Assembly: GCF_910592395.1 (NCBI RefSeq)
Contig: NC_088313.1
Location: forward strand, 17,894,500 to 17,949,403
Length of the DNA: 54,904 bases
Direction: 5' to 3'
From: Lineus longissimus
Lineage: Eukaryota
Under the pieces are notes generated by a model. It saw only the letters and a program-made list of their open reading frames with translations. It did not search any database and had not been told where the DNA came from. A program made the position numbers and the translations under genes. Positions 26,052-39,800 of this stretch are shown one piece after another (position 1 is the stretch's first letter; each line of letters begins with the position of its first letter).

Positions 26052-26088
26052 GCCCCCACCCCCCTCCCCCCCCCCCCCCCTCCCTACA
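26052..26088. repeat. Poly-C tract (one of several: 12594-12611, 18490-18505, 24875-24896, 26668-26680)
   Basis: cgcccccacccccctccccccccccccccctccc. Confidence 0.9.
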
Positions 26089-29000
26089 GGATTTGATCAT
26101 ACGGTTCATGGAGCTGCTGTCTGGATGGCCATGACGATAAATCAGCAAGTTGTCGCCCTGGGTTGATCTTGCTGTGGTGCCTAAGATTTGGTAAATGAAA
26201 CAATTTCACGACCACCGCCGCATTCTGCATCAAGTCTGGATTTGTTTCAGGCGAAATATCTGCCATATGAAGACACACACGGGGACCTGTGTACGGAAAA
26301 AAACGTGATGTATATGGTATAGCCGAATACAATTCGGGTCTCATGTGTGTTCGTCAGTCCCATTCCCTTATATACCGCTTCGCAGCAAATGAGGCCATAA
26401 CAAATAATCGATGGATATCGAATAGTTGAAGACCATCTACATGCCGGTCACCTAGGCAGACGAATGTCGTCTGTAGAGTTGACTGATGAGAAATGAACGA
26501 GTGAACATTGTCATTTTAATGTTAGCTGCAAGAACCAGCACATGTGACGTGTACGTCACCTCCGTCGTCATCATCGCCATCATCATCATCATCATCATTG
26601 ACGACCGCTGTAACCCAGTTGGGTATTGAGCTACTGTATCAATGACTACACTATCAATCTGTACTGTAACCCCCCCCCCCCGTCACATTAGCTCACATTG
26701 GCATGCAATTCACAAGCAGCTCTTTCTTTCTTTGCCGATTTCATCTGAGCACCGAGGCGCATATCAAAAAGGGTGATGAATACGAATTGCCTGGCTTACT
26801 GAGCATCGATCCTTTATCCAATATATATATATGTTGCTTTTATCAGATTTAGCTCTATACCATGTAATCCTGGTCCTTCAAGCATATTCGCATGTCAAAT
26901 TGCCTTTGCCTTTAATACACTGGAAAGGCCTAGTATACATGAGTAGATGAGTGCTGCAGGTGGCAATGCAGTCCATACTTCGTCCCAAAATTTCTTCACT
27001 TCTGCTAACGTTGCAATAATGTCAAGAAGACGAACCGAACGCGATGTAACAGTGAAATAATTATCGCACATCATGATGCTCTCCGTAGATTTAGGCTCAG
27101 TATTCATGTACAGGCCCCATATACTTCCCTGTACCTTTTCGGACAAGATGCTAAATGTCAGTTCAGCCTGTTCTTGCGACCAACAGCCAAAAGGTCAGTA
27201 TTTTGGACCCGAGACTTGGGAATTGAACTGTCACATCTCCCGCCCGTCCACGTTCAGCTTCCGCGGTGAATAATGAATCAGGAATCACAGAGCATCGGAT
27301 GTAGACTAGAACTCAAGGGGAATATTTGTGGAAATAGTCTAAAGAGCGAAAGGTAACGCAGTGAATTTGCCTTTTGAAAGACTCTGCCCAACCTAAGCTA
27401 TCATCACCCGCCCACAATCTTTCAGCCACCATGGCAATGATAATGACTCGAATAGCAAATTTATAGAAGCTTGTCACTTGCACATTTTTAGCATGCTAAG
27501 TGCGGGGACTCCTGGGTTCAAGCGCAATTAACGGTCTCGGGAGAGTTCGAGTAGAACAAATTGAAGTCGTAACAAATGGTCTGAATTATGTTCTGGTGTA
27601 GATTGTTGGAATGGTTGTACGTATTTGAATTGATTTTGTGTGAACGTTGAAGAAGGTTTTTGTCTATTAAACGTCATCGAACTCACATTCACCGGTGATC
27701 TGAATATGACCAGTTATCCATCTCGTAGATTGTTGGAACATTGTTAGGTAGACTCCAACTTGACACTGAGGGAAGCTCGGCTGTGCTGGACATAAGCCGC
27801 CGTACAAACAAGGACGCATGCATCTACCCAAACCCATTGCACTGTCAAGTCATATCACTATCCGACCGTCATCCATTTTTTCCATGATCTGTATTCTGGA
27901 ATGGTACTCGAGTAATCCTCGAAAGTCTCAACATGGTCGAGGTGTCTTTCTACTTGACATTTGACAAGCATTGGTCTATAAAACCAACATGAGTGGTCTC
28001 GATATTGATTTCGAGAAATTGCTTTTTTTATAGTGGCATCCATGTACGCCGCTGGTCTGTATTCTGAGAGTGTAAAGTCATGTACATGTATATCCAACTC
28101 ATTCATTCTTTAACTTCTTTGGCTGGGATAATAGCAGCGTCTTTTCCGTTTCGTCAAATCTAGAAAGGGCAACCAAAACCTGGTCATTCCAATTGTGAAC
28201 GCTGTCGCCGATAGGCTTTTCGTGACTCCGATCAGTCCTAAAGGATTAATCAGCATCAGAATAGTGGTTGTGGTCATTTTTTTCTTTTCATCTTCTTCCT
28301 TGTATCCACTTAGATGGCATTTTAATCTTCTCTTTGCAGGTCTTGGGTGTATGAATAGAGTAAGGAATCAGTCAGCCAATGAATGCAAGTATCAAAAGAA
28401 GCACTGCATGGCTCAGGGCATTGTCAATCCTTCCACTGTCTTCAGTCCCCTCAGGCTTGTCATTTCTAGCTTCATCGTGTTTTGTTGACCCTGACTCTAA
28501 CAATGTTCAAACCATTCGCACACTCAAACATCTCATCAAATATAGCAGCCTAACCTTTAGAGAAACACTGTTGGTCCCCTGGTAGTGTTGGTATATCCAG
28601 CACCCCATCACAACCGGGCTGTCGGCTGTTTTTTGGTACGAGTGAGTTGGTAGTGGTTAATGGTAAATTTAATTCATTCTGCTATAAGGCGTAGAACTGC
28701 GAGGCCAAGTAAATATGTTCGTGGTTGTCTGGCTTCCCACACACAATCTCTCTCCAGGGGAAGTAATAAGACTGGCATTATACACCATGCCACTATACAG
28801 CAACCCGGAGGCCGTCTATTGACTTAGTAATCAAGAAAGATGCGTCGGGGCACTAATTTCTTCCAGTCACTATTTAATATAACGATAGTTTTGGAGACTA
28901 GTGTCTTGCAAAAGGAGGGAAATTGCTTTAGGTCACATCATTTTCTTGAGTGAGTCTTGAGATGGGAGATCAGTTTACATTGTACAGTATATACAAAAGT

Positions 29001-29299
29001 GAGATAGTCCTATTAATAATCAATAAAACTTGTTTTCTCTTGTCTTGCACTTGCAGTCCGGGGTAGATCGACACCATCGCCATCTGTTAACAGCGGGTGG
29101 ACATAACAAATATGGAACATTGAACAGTATTTCCATTTGGAAGCATGATAAAGTGTCTGATAGAAAGTGCCCAGACTTTCCGAGTACATGTAACATATTG
29201 TGCCGAACCTGGCTTGCCACGTCTCCAGGGATCGTCTTCTGAAAATTGATTGTGACAGGTGACATTGCCCTCACAATAAAGACATAATATGGTCTTGGT

Positions 29300-29898
29300 T
29301 TATCGTTCAGGTGCGATCAATGTTGACTTGACGTCATGTCGCACGTGATGACTATGATGCTAAGACAGAACAGTCTGTCAAAGATTGGCAACATGCTAAA
29401 CGCAGCAGTACATAAAAATAAAGGTAAGTCGGTTCCATGCTCATCGGAAAATGCCAAATTTTGAGAAAACTTGTAACTAAATCTGAGGCCTACGTACTTG
29501 GATGCCCTTTCTGCTCGATCAAAAGCCCAATCCCACCAAGGCAGAAAACTATTTTCTGGACTCTCGTCAGCATGTTTTTTGAGTGTTTCAGTGCCTGATT
29601 ACTTATTCCAGGCCACTGTTTCACTATATCAAGTAGAGGTACGAACAGATCTCTGTTTGAGCGAAATCCAATTTGTAAATCCCGCCTCCAGTTTTACTCC
29701 CATCATGCACTTTCAAAGTGACGTCACTCAGCTTTATTCCTGCCTGTGCGCCATTTTGAAAACATTGGGAGAGGGAATGTGGTATCCTTAATTATCGGGT
29801 ACCATCCAGCCCTTTAGCCTCAATATTTCTTTTTGTCTTTCTGTAGGAATATTCCTTATTTCTTAAACGTCAAGTTGGCGTCGTTTGCGGGTGTCGAC
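29300..29898 (+). promoter_or_regulatory. Putative PPP2R2 promoter / 5'UTR region with two perfect CRE palindromes
   Basis: TGACGTCA at 29329-29336 and 29719-29726, CACGTG near 29343, immediately upstream of the ATG at 29899. Confidence 0.35.
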
Positions 29899-29905
29899 AT
29901 GGCGG
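29899..29905 (+). CDS. PPP2R2: PP2A regulatory subunit B55 (PPP2R2) coding exon 1 (MA, then a phase-1 G)
   Basis: atggcgg|gtaag; joins exon 2 to give MAGNGGDIQWCFSQVKG, which matches the B55 N-terminus. Confidence 0.6.
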
Positions 29906-30018
29906 GTAAGCCCTCCAAATTTCGCTTTAATTCTGATGACAGTCCCTGTATTATTTTGCATTGACAATCCATTCAACCTGAAGCCCTCTCCTCACTTCCC
30001 GTACTTTTCTCTTTGTAG

Positions 30019-30087
30019 GGAACGGTGGTGATATTCAGTGGTGTTTTTCCCAGGTCAAAGGTACAATTGAAGACGAAGTAACTGAAG
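30019..30087 (+). CDS. PPP2R2: PPP2R2 coding exon 2 (GNGGDIQWCFSQVKGTIEDEVTE)
   Basis: ctttgtag acceptor, gtatgt donor; conserved DIQWCFSQVKG. Confidence 0.8.
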
Positions 30088-33000
30088 GTATGTGGCGTCG
30101 GCATAGTCGGTGTTGTCTTGCCGTGTGAACTTTGGCTTCCCAAGCCGTTTTTGATTCATTCGATGGATGCGATGTGAATGCATGCAATGCTCGAATGCAT
30201 CCCTGCCTGCTGACATGTTAATGTACAAGTAATTTATTCCTTAATGGGTGCACAATAGACCTTATCGACATGACATGACACACACGAACCAGGGCTCCAA
30301 CAAAATAAATATGCGCACTCAGAACATGTCAGAAGGCCTAACAAACTTCGGACAATGGCAATGCCATGCCATGCCCATGCCATAATAAGAAGCCACTGGC
30401 GACTGTGATCTTTGATGACTATTGACTGATCAATCTCACCCTTGACTTTGTTCGAGGTGAAAATAAATGCATGGCTTTGGCTAGTTGGCTCCGAAACTAA
30501 CTCAACTGCTAACTTCGAAAAGGCCCATGCGTTGCATCGTGCATGTTAAAATTGTAGTACGCAGTCAATGGCGTAGGCCTATTTGAAGAAGACGAATTGG
30601 CGCCAAAACAAATGCATCAATATCATGGCAATGTCTCAGCCTGGAACAAGTCAGAAGGCCACAGTGGCTTATGGCATTTCCCCCCAGTATTTACAGGCAA
30701 CTTGAGTTTATCATTCATGCCAAGTTGTTGTCACCTTGGGAATAAACAAAATCCATTATGAAGTTTGACTATCATAATCAATGGACACAATCTATTCTTA
30801 CTTGTACAATGATTGAATTTGAAGTGGCCTACATGTACATCAAGATCAGCTTGAATCAATGAGTAACACTGGAGTTAATCAGGTCACTTCAGCATAGTTG
30901 ACCTGCCGTCATATGTGAAACAAACATGCCTGAATTTATGCATCTAACAATAGTAACATTGGATGAATGAAGACAATATTCATTGAGTGTTTGTTTCACT
31001 TGTAAGTAAAGTTGTATGTAATTTTGGTCAGCCACATGCTCTCTTTACTGGATGGCACACCTGCAACATCCTGGCTAGGGCCTCTGTTGGTTTCATTATC
31101 ATAGTCAGCTAGTGTCATCACGCTGGGGAGTGGTTGAGTGTACTGTGAGATTTGACTGTTGTCTGCAGAAAGACCTTGGATATGCTAGACACAGGTACCC
31201 TGGTTTTCTGCCAGCTGGGGAGGTGGGAGCCGATCAATATCATAAAAAATTGAGATTGAATGAACCAAATTCAAGATACTTGTCTGTGTTTTATGGTTCT
31301 TTTTCTGAATCAGTTTGGGAATGTCCTGCCTTGGACAGGCAGTGACCTGCTCCTGTCCAGCATGAAAGCCACTCTTGTTTGCAAAACAAACGCCAGTATG
31401 TATCCTGCTTCACTTTCTCAAAAGTCAATTCTGCTTACATGTTGATGAATGATGTTGAACATACACATAGATATGAACATACACATAGATACCACATATA
31501 TTTCCAGTTCCACACCTATTGATTTTATTATCCAGTGTGTATTCACCATGTAGTATCACAGGGTCTCATGACATTTATCCATGGCCACTAGCTTACATGG
31601 TGTATATGTCGCTGCCTTTACAAGTTGGTATGCTCTTGCCAACAATGTTAGTAGCCTTGAGTTGTCTGGATAGAATCTTTTCTTGGCATCATTTATTCCA
31701 AATTCCGATACTGACTGGCAGATTAGCGGGTCGTGGATAATCGTGCTCTGCAGGCTTAAAAAAGTCTTAGTATCTGTACGGTACTACTAGTACTACTAGT
31801 GCTGCACTGAGCAGAATGAAGAACATGTATGAAAGGGAAATCGACTTGGCATTTTGTCATAGATAATACTGCATGTATCTTCTCAAAGGAGTGTGTGTCA
31901 GGGGATATTTTCATGATGTAACTCTGTTTGACAATCCCGATTCCTGAAAAATATCTTCCTGAATCCATGGGCTTCACTTTCAGAAACAGCCTCTGGTTGT
32001 TTCAGATTTGGTAATTGTCAGGTATTTGACAAACTCCGTGTACCCACTCAATCAGAGTTCTGTTTAAAAGTGAACCTTTGGCTTTACTAACCAGAAATTG
32101 CATTGACGTACAATTTCAGCCCAAATCATTGATATTTTATTAGATGGAAAAAAATACAAATCTCCACTCACAATGTTTTCATTATCATCGTTTTGTCATC
32201 TCCAGCACCAACTGATTACCTCTTTTTTTAGTATCCAGCCTTTCTGAGATCTGCCAGTTACCATGACAACATGGTCTTCCTGCTGTAGCACTAGCAGGTA
32301 GAAGGTCTTTATTAATTATCACGGTTAGGGTAATATGTTTGAAGTGGATGAGCTCCTCTCTGCCGGGGAGTAACTCCCCGATGGCTAGAAGGATATGGGG
32401 AAAATTATGCAAATTCCAACCCTTTTGACAATTTTGTGTATTTATCCATGTGGATAATGACTCTGAACTGTTGTCATTCACTTGATTGACAATTTTATTC
32501 CAGTTTTGGGATATTTTAATTTTTCTTTGTCTCGAACTCAAATTTTGACAACCACAGTACAGAATCTGGTGGAATTTATATGTAGATTTTTTCAGTTCCA
32601 TCTTTAACTAAAATCAGAACCTGTGGCACCTTGAAAAATATATATTGGGTTCATTATCTTTGCCTATCATTCGTATATCAATAGGTCATAGTGCTAGTGG
32701 GTGGCAGGTATAAATGGCACGCCTGTAAATGTATTGAGTTTTATATCGATTGTATGCTTTTCGAGAATGTTAATTTTGCTCTTGATGGCTGGATGGAACA
32801 GGGTCAGGTTTTTGTGATTGTTGGTAAAAAATGCTGGAGGCGAGGCAAGTCCAATGTCTGTTGGGAAAGCTTCCTAATGTGACATTCGACATCTGCTCTG
32901 AGGGTTTTAAACAGGAAAATACTTCCTGACCTATTGATAATTTTTTCTGGAGTGGATGTGTGTCTGCCTGCAATAAATAACTATAACTACTATTACGTGT

Positions 33001-33220
33001 ATTATCCGTGATGTTTTCAGCATAAAGTGAAGTGTATTATTTGCAGCTGCTGTCGACAGTAAGACTGAAGTCACTGGCAGTAAACTGGGAAGTTTCTGCT
33101 TGTCTTTTCAAAAGACTAACTGTTTCTTTAGCCAAACTGCTGATCTTCTGTGACTCAATGGTATTTGATAATCATTGCAACATACCATTCTTTTGCACCT
33201 TCCCCGTTCATGTCTTGCAG

Positions 33221-33318
33221 CCGACATCATCTCATGTGTCGAGTTCAATCATGATGGTGAGCTGTTGGCGACTGGCGACAAGGGTGGCAGAGTGGTCATC
33301 TTCCAGAGAGACCAGCTG
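33221..33318 (+). CDS. PPP2R2: PPP2R2 coding exon 3 ([33 protein letters not shown])
   Basis: Near-identical to the vertebrate B55 WD-repeat 1; cttgcag / gtaagt. Confidence 0.9.
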
Positions 33319-33523
33319 GTAAGTGCAAGTTGACATGCCAAACACAGGGCTCGAGCTAGAATTTCTTACTCAGGAGTCAAACTGAAGTCTTGACAAAATC
33401 TCAGGAGCCCTGTAACAGATTTCTAAGTTAAGAGTTTTAAAAGTGCGGGTCCTAAACATTGAAGTGTAACTATTTCAGCACATTTGGTTGGTATGATAAT
33501 TTCTACCCATTCTGTTCTTTCAG

Positions 33524-33689
33524 AGGGAGCCCAATGTCCCACGTCGTGGAGAGTACAATGTCTACAGTACATTTCAGAGCCACGAGCCAGAGTTCGATTA
33601 CTTAAAAAGTTTAGAAATAGAGGAGAAAATTAATAAAATAAAATGGTTGAGGAGGACCAATCCAGCCAACTTTCTCTTGTCAACAAATG
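33524..33689 (+). CDS. PPP2R2: PPP2R2 coding exon 4 (..[40 protein letters not shown])
   Basis: Highly conserved B55 block; ctttcag / gtaggt. Confidence 0.9.
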
Positions 33690-33911
33690 GTAGGTAGTCA
33701 GTTTGAGTACCTGAAAATGGTAGTTAAGTTTGAATTTTACAAAAAGAAGACAAGAAAATTAACGAATTTTGTTCAACTCATTCAGTATCAAAACGCTTTG
33801 GTATGATGCCTTCCTCCAAAATATTAGAAATCTTAGTAAGAACTTGTGTTTGGTCGTGGCCATGTTTTCTAAGCTTGAGCAATGCATGCTGAAAATCTCT
33901 GAAATTTTCAG

Positions 33912-34199
33912 ATAAAACAATCAAATTGTGGAAAGTGTCTGAACGCGACAAGCGACCCGAAGGCTACAACCTGAAAACTGAATTTGGTGAACTCCAAGCC
34001 AACAATGTGACGTCTTTGCGGGTGCCTGTCCTCAAGCCGATGGAGCTAATGGTTGAAGCTAGTCCAAGGAGAATCTTCTCAAATGCCCATACCTACCATA
34101 TTAATTCTATATCAGTCAATAGTGATCAGGAGACGTACATGTCTGCTGATGATCTCAGGATTAATCTGTGGCACCTAGAAATTACTGATCAGAGCTTCA
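33912..34199 (+). CDS. PPP2R2: PPP2R2 coding exon 5 ([22 protein letters not shown]...[14 protein letters not shown])
   Basis: Highly conserved; ttttcag / gtatcc. Confidence 0.9.
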
Positions 34200-34678
34200 G
34201 TATCCTTTTTACCATCAGTCATTGAATTGTTCTACGGTACAAGCCTTGCTCAAATTCACAGAGACAATTGATATATAATTTGTTGATGATTTTCCAGTGG
34301 TGGCGTCATTATGGTTAATGAGATTCTACTGATGACAACAAGGGAAATCTGATTCATCAGCGTAGTGCCTTAGGCAGAATTTTTGTAATTGAAATTACAT
34401 CAGATTGATGATAATAATGAAATTGGCGAGGTTGTGGTAGTTGGCGATTTTATAAATTCAGTGTTCCTACACCTTTGGCGTAGGCAGTCTAAATTGGGGA
34501 CTGGAAACTATTTTTGATGTTGATAATTGTGATGTGAATTGTCATCGAATGCCGCCTTGATAAAATAAACAATGCCTCGACATATGGTACTTCCAAAGAG
34601 TATGAGTACATGGAATAGCTTTGGAATGATAGGACATGTGGTTATTGACTATGTTTTTCATTACATCTGTTGGCAAAA

Positions 34679-35022
34679 CCGCTGCTCCCTGCTTCAGACA
34701 TTTGTGTAACACAATTTTTCCATGTTTTGTTACAATGATAATAGCAGGTACAGTAATATGTAGGTTTACGTGCCTGGATGACTGGTTGTGTGTCCATGGC
34801 CCCGTAGTCTACAGACAAATGTATTCAAATCTCTGATAGTACGTAATGCAATTTCAGTGTTCAGGTTTCTCTCAGCTTTTCTATCTGCATCTTCCTGCTT
34901 CAGACATTTGTGTAACATGATTTATCATATCGTGGTACACTGATAATAGCAGGTACAGTGATATGTAGGTTTACGTGCCTGGGTGACTGGTTGTGTGTCC
35001 ATGGCCCCGTAGTCTACAGACA
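34679..35022 (+). repeat. Intronic repeat copy A (dimer of a ~180-bp unit), in the PPP2R2 intron after coding exon 5
   Basis: ctgcttcagacatttgtgtaaca...ccgtagtctacagaca occurs twice in tandem; the whole block recurs at 35538-35880. Confidence 0.85.
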
Positions 35023-35130
35023 AGTCTTCTCCCTTGATTGTATGAATGTTCTCAAATCAGATGCCCTCTCTGTTACTGGAATCCTCCTTTGAGTTTTGGT
35101 AATATCACTATTTGCCTTAACCTGTCCCAG

Positions 35131-35295
35131 TTATCGTTGACATCAAACCAGCCAATATGGAGGAGCTGACCGAAGTCATTACAGCGGCAGAGTTCCACCC
35201 GACGGAATGTAACGTGTTTGTTTATAGTAGCAGCAAAGGCACTGTTCGATTATGTGATATGAGAGCTCAGGCACTATGTGATCAACATGCCAAAT
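35131..35295 (+). CDS. PPP2R2: PPP2R2 coding exon 6 ([24 protein letters not shown]...[16 protein letters not shown])
   Basis: Highly conserved; cccag / gtaagt. Confidence 0.9.
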
Positions 35296-35537
35296 GTAAG
35301 TATAGTAGAGTAACCTCTGAAGAGTCGTCGTATTTTAGCTGGTCAAGGGCCACCTGTGCAATAGGCCTATTTTACCTCTTACAGATGCACCTAGAACACA
35401 CTGTCGTACTGACAATCACATAGTGAATATCAAGTGAACTGACTCGATTTGTGTAGAGTTGAGGTGTAAGACTGGTAATAGGAATAACTGCTTGTTAGTT
35501 ATGCTCCTGATTGAAGATGTTCATAGTTAAATGTTAG

Positions 35538-35880
35538 CATCTTCCTGCTTCAGACATTTGTGTAACACAATTTGCCCATATTGTGGTACAATGATAATAG
35601 CAGGTACAGTAATATGTAGGTTTACGTGCCTGGATGACTGGTTCTGTGTCCATGGCCCCGTAGTCTGCAGACAAATGTATTCAAATCTCTGATAGAACGT
35701 AATGCAATTTCAGTGTTCAGGTTTCTCTCAGCTTTTCTATCTGCATCTTCCTGCTTCAGACATTTGTGTAACATGATTTATCATATTGTGGTACAATGAT
35801 AATAGCAGGTACAGTAATATGTAGGTTTACGTGCCTGGGTGACTGGTTGTGTGTCCATGGCCCCGTAGTCTACAGACAGT
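35538..35880 (+). repeat. Intronic repeat copy B (same dimer), in the next PPP2R2 intron
   Basis: More than 90% identical by eye to 34679-35022, same orientation. Confidence 0.85.
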
Positions 35881-35955
35881 TTCTTGAATAAAATGATGGG
35901 ACCCCCCTCTAGAAGATCTTGGTTACCATTAATGTTATTGTTCCTGTCTTTTCAG

Positions 35956-36217
35956 TATTTGAGGAACCTGAGGACCCAACAAACCGTAGTTTCTTCTCCG
36001 AAATCATCTCTAGTATATCGGACGTCAAGTTTAGTCACAACGGTCGCTATTTAATCACACGGGACTACCTCTCAGTGAAAGTGTGGGACTTGCACATGGA
36101 CACTAAACCCATAGAAACTTATCAAGTGCATGAATACTTGCGGAGTAAACTCTGTGCATTGTATGAAAATGATTGTATATTTGACAAGTTTGAGTGTGCC
36201 TGGAGTGGCAATGACAG
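35956..36217 (+). CDS. PPP2R2: PPP2R2 coding exon 7 ([32 protein letters not shown]...[10 protein letters not shown])
   Basis: Highly conserved; tttcag / gtaact. Confidence 0.9.
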
Positions 36218-36556
36218 GTAACTATTCAAAGTTTGATTCAAATTCCTAATTAAATTAAAAATATTAAGGGGACTTTATAATGGGTGCTGTTCCCATAAGA
36301 AAAGTGACAGAAAAGCCATGTTTCATATTGCTGTTTTGGAAACCGTTATCCTGGTCTTGTGCTGTTGGAAGTGCTTGGCCTTCTTTAGAGGGCATTGTGT
36401 CTTTGGAAACAGCCTGTTATGGCACACTTGTGGAGTTCCCATAAACTTTGGTAATTTTCATTGTTTAAAGACTACCACATTGTAGATAATTAGATCAGTT
36501 TCAGTTGACACAGCATCTCGGGTCATTAAAAATAATGTCCATCTGTCCTTTTGCAG

Positions 36557-36833
36557 GCACATAATGACAGGATCGTACAACAATTTCTTCCGAATGTTCG
36601 ACAGGGAAACAAAACGTGACACGACATTGGAGGCATCAAGAGAAAACATGAAGCCACGCACCGTTCTCAAACCAAGAAAAGTCTGTGCTGGTGGCAAACG
36701 GAAGAAAGATGAAATTAGTGTGGATTGCCTGGACTTCAATAAAAAAATAATCCATACTGCTTGGCATCCTTTAGAAAATATTATAGCAGTTGCAGCCACT
36801 AATAATTTATATATATTTCAAAGCAAGGACTAG
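36557..36833 (+). CDS. PPP2R2: PPP2R2 terminal coding exon ([21 protein letters not shown]...[15 protein letters not shown])
   Basis: ttgcag acceptor; TAG at 36831-36833; matches the B55 C-terminus. Confidence 0.9.
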
Positions 36834-39800
36834 TACAAATGATGCCTAGGATTTTTCAATTGATAAGAGGGGAAAATGTGGCAGTGCTGGTCTGCTGGTT
36901 GCACTTCTGTACTTGGCTGTTCTCTTATCTGTGGCCACTGGGCATTGAAGCTTGTTCAAGGTACAGTCAGTGTTCATAAATGGACTATTTGCTGCACTCA
37001 AACTCAAGATAAACATGCTATACTTGAGAGTACTTCGCTGATAATGAGTTGCTTCTGTTGGCTGCAGTATCGGTGCATGAAGTAAACTATCAATTGTGCA
37101 TTCCATGGGCATGCATATCTATTGTCTTATCGTCCACCTATAACATATTTTTGGTCGAAGCTGGTGTTCAAAATATTGATACAGCAAATGCAATCAAGGA
37201 AAGGTCTTTCCGCATTGCCTTTTAGATCGGTGACAGTTAGACAGACCTCAAAACCGTAGAAGTTGCATTTCTAATGGCCAACACGCAAAAGCAGGAAAGG
37301 CTCAGATTTTACTCAAAACCGGTCTAATTTCTACTAAATGTAACTTCTACAGTTGTGCGAATATTGTAGTTAGGTTTAAAGAATAGGCTGTATCGTCTCC
37401 CACCGTTTAAAATGTTCCTCTGAACATGCACAAAACCTGAGGAATTGGTTATGGGGAATTTGGCTTCAAAATATGTCCCAGATATCTGATACTTTGTACT
37501 CTGAAAAAGCTTGATTCTCTCTTACTGGTGAAGTCTTTGAATATATGGTGCTATTTTTAACATAGCATAGACTTTAGATGACGCTTGTAACAATCATTTA
37601 CCGGTTCAAATATAAAATAAAACTGGGGTTGTTTTTCATTCAAGGCACTTAGCTGCAGGATTGTCCAGTTGTTTTTTTCTGTCAACCTGATTTGGGCAAT
37701 TTGCTGGCACGTGTTTATGTTTTATACACCTGACTGAATTATCCTACATTTCTTTTGTCTCATTTTGAAATTTCATGAGCCACTTAAATGATGTCCAACA
37801 TCTAGTCCCCAAAAGGGTACTGTTCAGCTACATTGCATATCTTTTCACATGTTTTCTATGTTGAGAGTTGGCTACTTCCTAATGAATTGTCACTTGCTGG
37901 CACTATCTTCACTGCCAAAGCTTAAAGATTTTCATTGCATTTCACCTTTTGTAATAGTAGATGAGTTGACTTGCTTTTGGGCCACGGGTGCACTTGGGGG
38001 TGGCAGTAGGGCAAGATTTCTTCATGTCCACTGAACAAATTATTTACCTGCAGAGTTAAGGTGTGTTTTTTGAATTTGCATAAAAACTGGAATTGGTTTA
38101 CTACATGTACTTAGTGCATCCGATGGCCCTTAGCCTTGTTCAGTTTTATAGAATGTGCTACAACCCTTGCACCTATATCTGACTTGGACCTTTGTGCGCT
38201 TGTAAGCCTTTGCACAACATTTCTGATTTGGAACAAAATACTAGTATTGTATAGTTAGTAGGTAGAATTAGGGGTGTTTGAGTTAATAAATTTCGTTTGG
38301 CAAGACCAAGAATTGATATAGACTGATTGGTGCACTGATCGACTTTTCTGATGAAGTATAAATAGATACTATCATTGCAGTTGATTGACGGGAATTCTTG
38401 ACTCCCACTTAGAGGAATAATGTGCTACTTTCATTGAATTTCCCTGTTGATCACAAATATTCCATTTCAGTACACGTGTTGTGTCATTCTATGACAACAA
38501 ATCTTACAAATCTAACTCATGCTTTTGTTTATAACTATTACATGTACATTCCATTGAAGTATTATGCTGCTTTAAAAAATGGTAAGAAATACTCCTTTCC
38601 CGACCAGATCGGAATGAAATGACACCACGTTGACCAGAATACGTTGCTATTTGAATGGCAAGTACTGATTCTGATGAATGAAAAACTTGTGCTAACAGGC
38701 TCTGTTATTAACTAATGAAAGGTTTTTTGTTACTTAAAATGTAGACTTGAATTGTGACTTAATAGTCTTCTGTGGAATTTTGATGAAATTTCTAAAGGGT
38801 GATAGTTTTCCTCTTGGCATTCCCAAATGATGTACTTGTTTACTGTCGATCGACGGCAGTTTTGGGAAGACCCTTGGTTTTGTGTGCGATGCGTTGTCCT
38901 ATCATGCCTTGAGGCTTAACAGGGTTTGATTGCAAAGGGAATGAGTGGCGAAGAAATATTAAAACACTACATCACATGTAATGTAATGTTATGTCATTTC
39001 ATAATTCATATTTCATAATTCTTGCTCCAATGCAAAATTCTACACTCCTTTAAGAAATTTCACAGAATTCATTTGTTCTCGTTTTGACTCTGTTGGTGCC
39101 CAGCAAGTTCCCTGCAGACCAGCAAACTGAACAATTTGTATATACCTATGTTGTCTTTGTATGTATCTAATAATTATTTTATATGTGCTCAATACTTTGC
39201 ATCATGTCTTGCAAGAAATGCACAACTTGCCTCTTCAAGAACTGGGAAGATTCCTGTTGTGGAAATTTGGAAAAGGTGCCTTGAAATGCCAAGAGTTCAT
39301 AATGTTTGGCAGGACTGATTAATTAATTTAAATCGAAAAATTCCTGTGTAAGCTTTCCCCGTCTGATGCATTGTTAACTCCAGAAACAGCTGAAGGAAAT
39401 AATTTCCAATCACAATTTGTTATGTATGATTGATAAATGAAATTGCCTCCAATGGAAGCAATATATCTTTGCAGTCGTTAGCTCCGCAATGTTAAGAAAT
39501 TTTTCATATTGAGAGAAATTTTCTATGGTTTATGGCCAAGCGACTTGTGTCAAATACGGTCGAGGTATGCTTCAAAATATTGCATGTCATTCATTGAAAT
39601 GAGAGTGATATCAAATATTTCTCAACATCTCGAACCATAGTTTTAGTTCTGACACTTGCTACTGTATATTCTCCCTGTTCTTGAAGGGTTCGTTCTGTGC
39701 TCTGCGTGTAAATACATATATTGATCAAACTAACCTACGGAAACTTTGTATTCAATCTTGCCATGGTGATTGCCGAATTCAGTTACAATTCTATTGGGAG

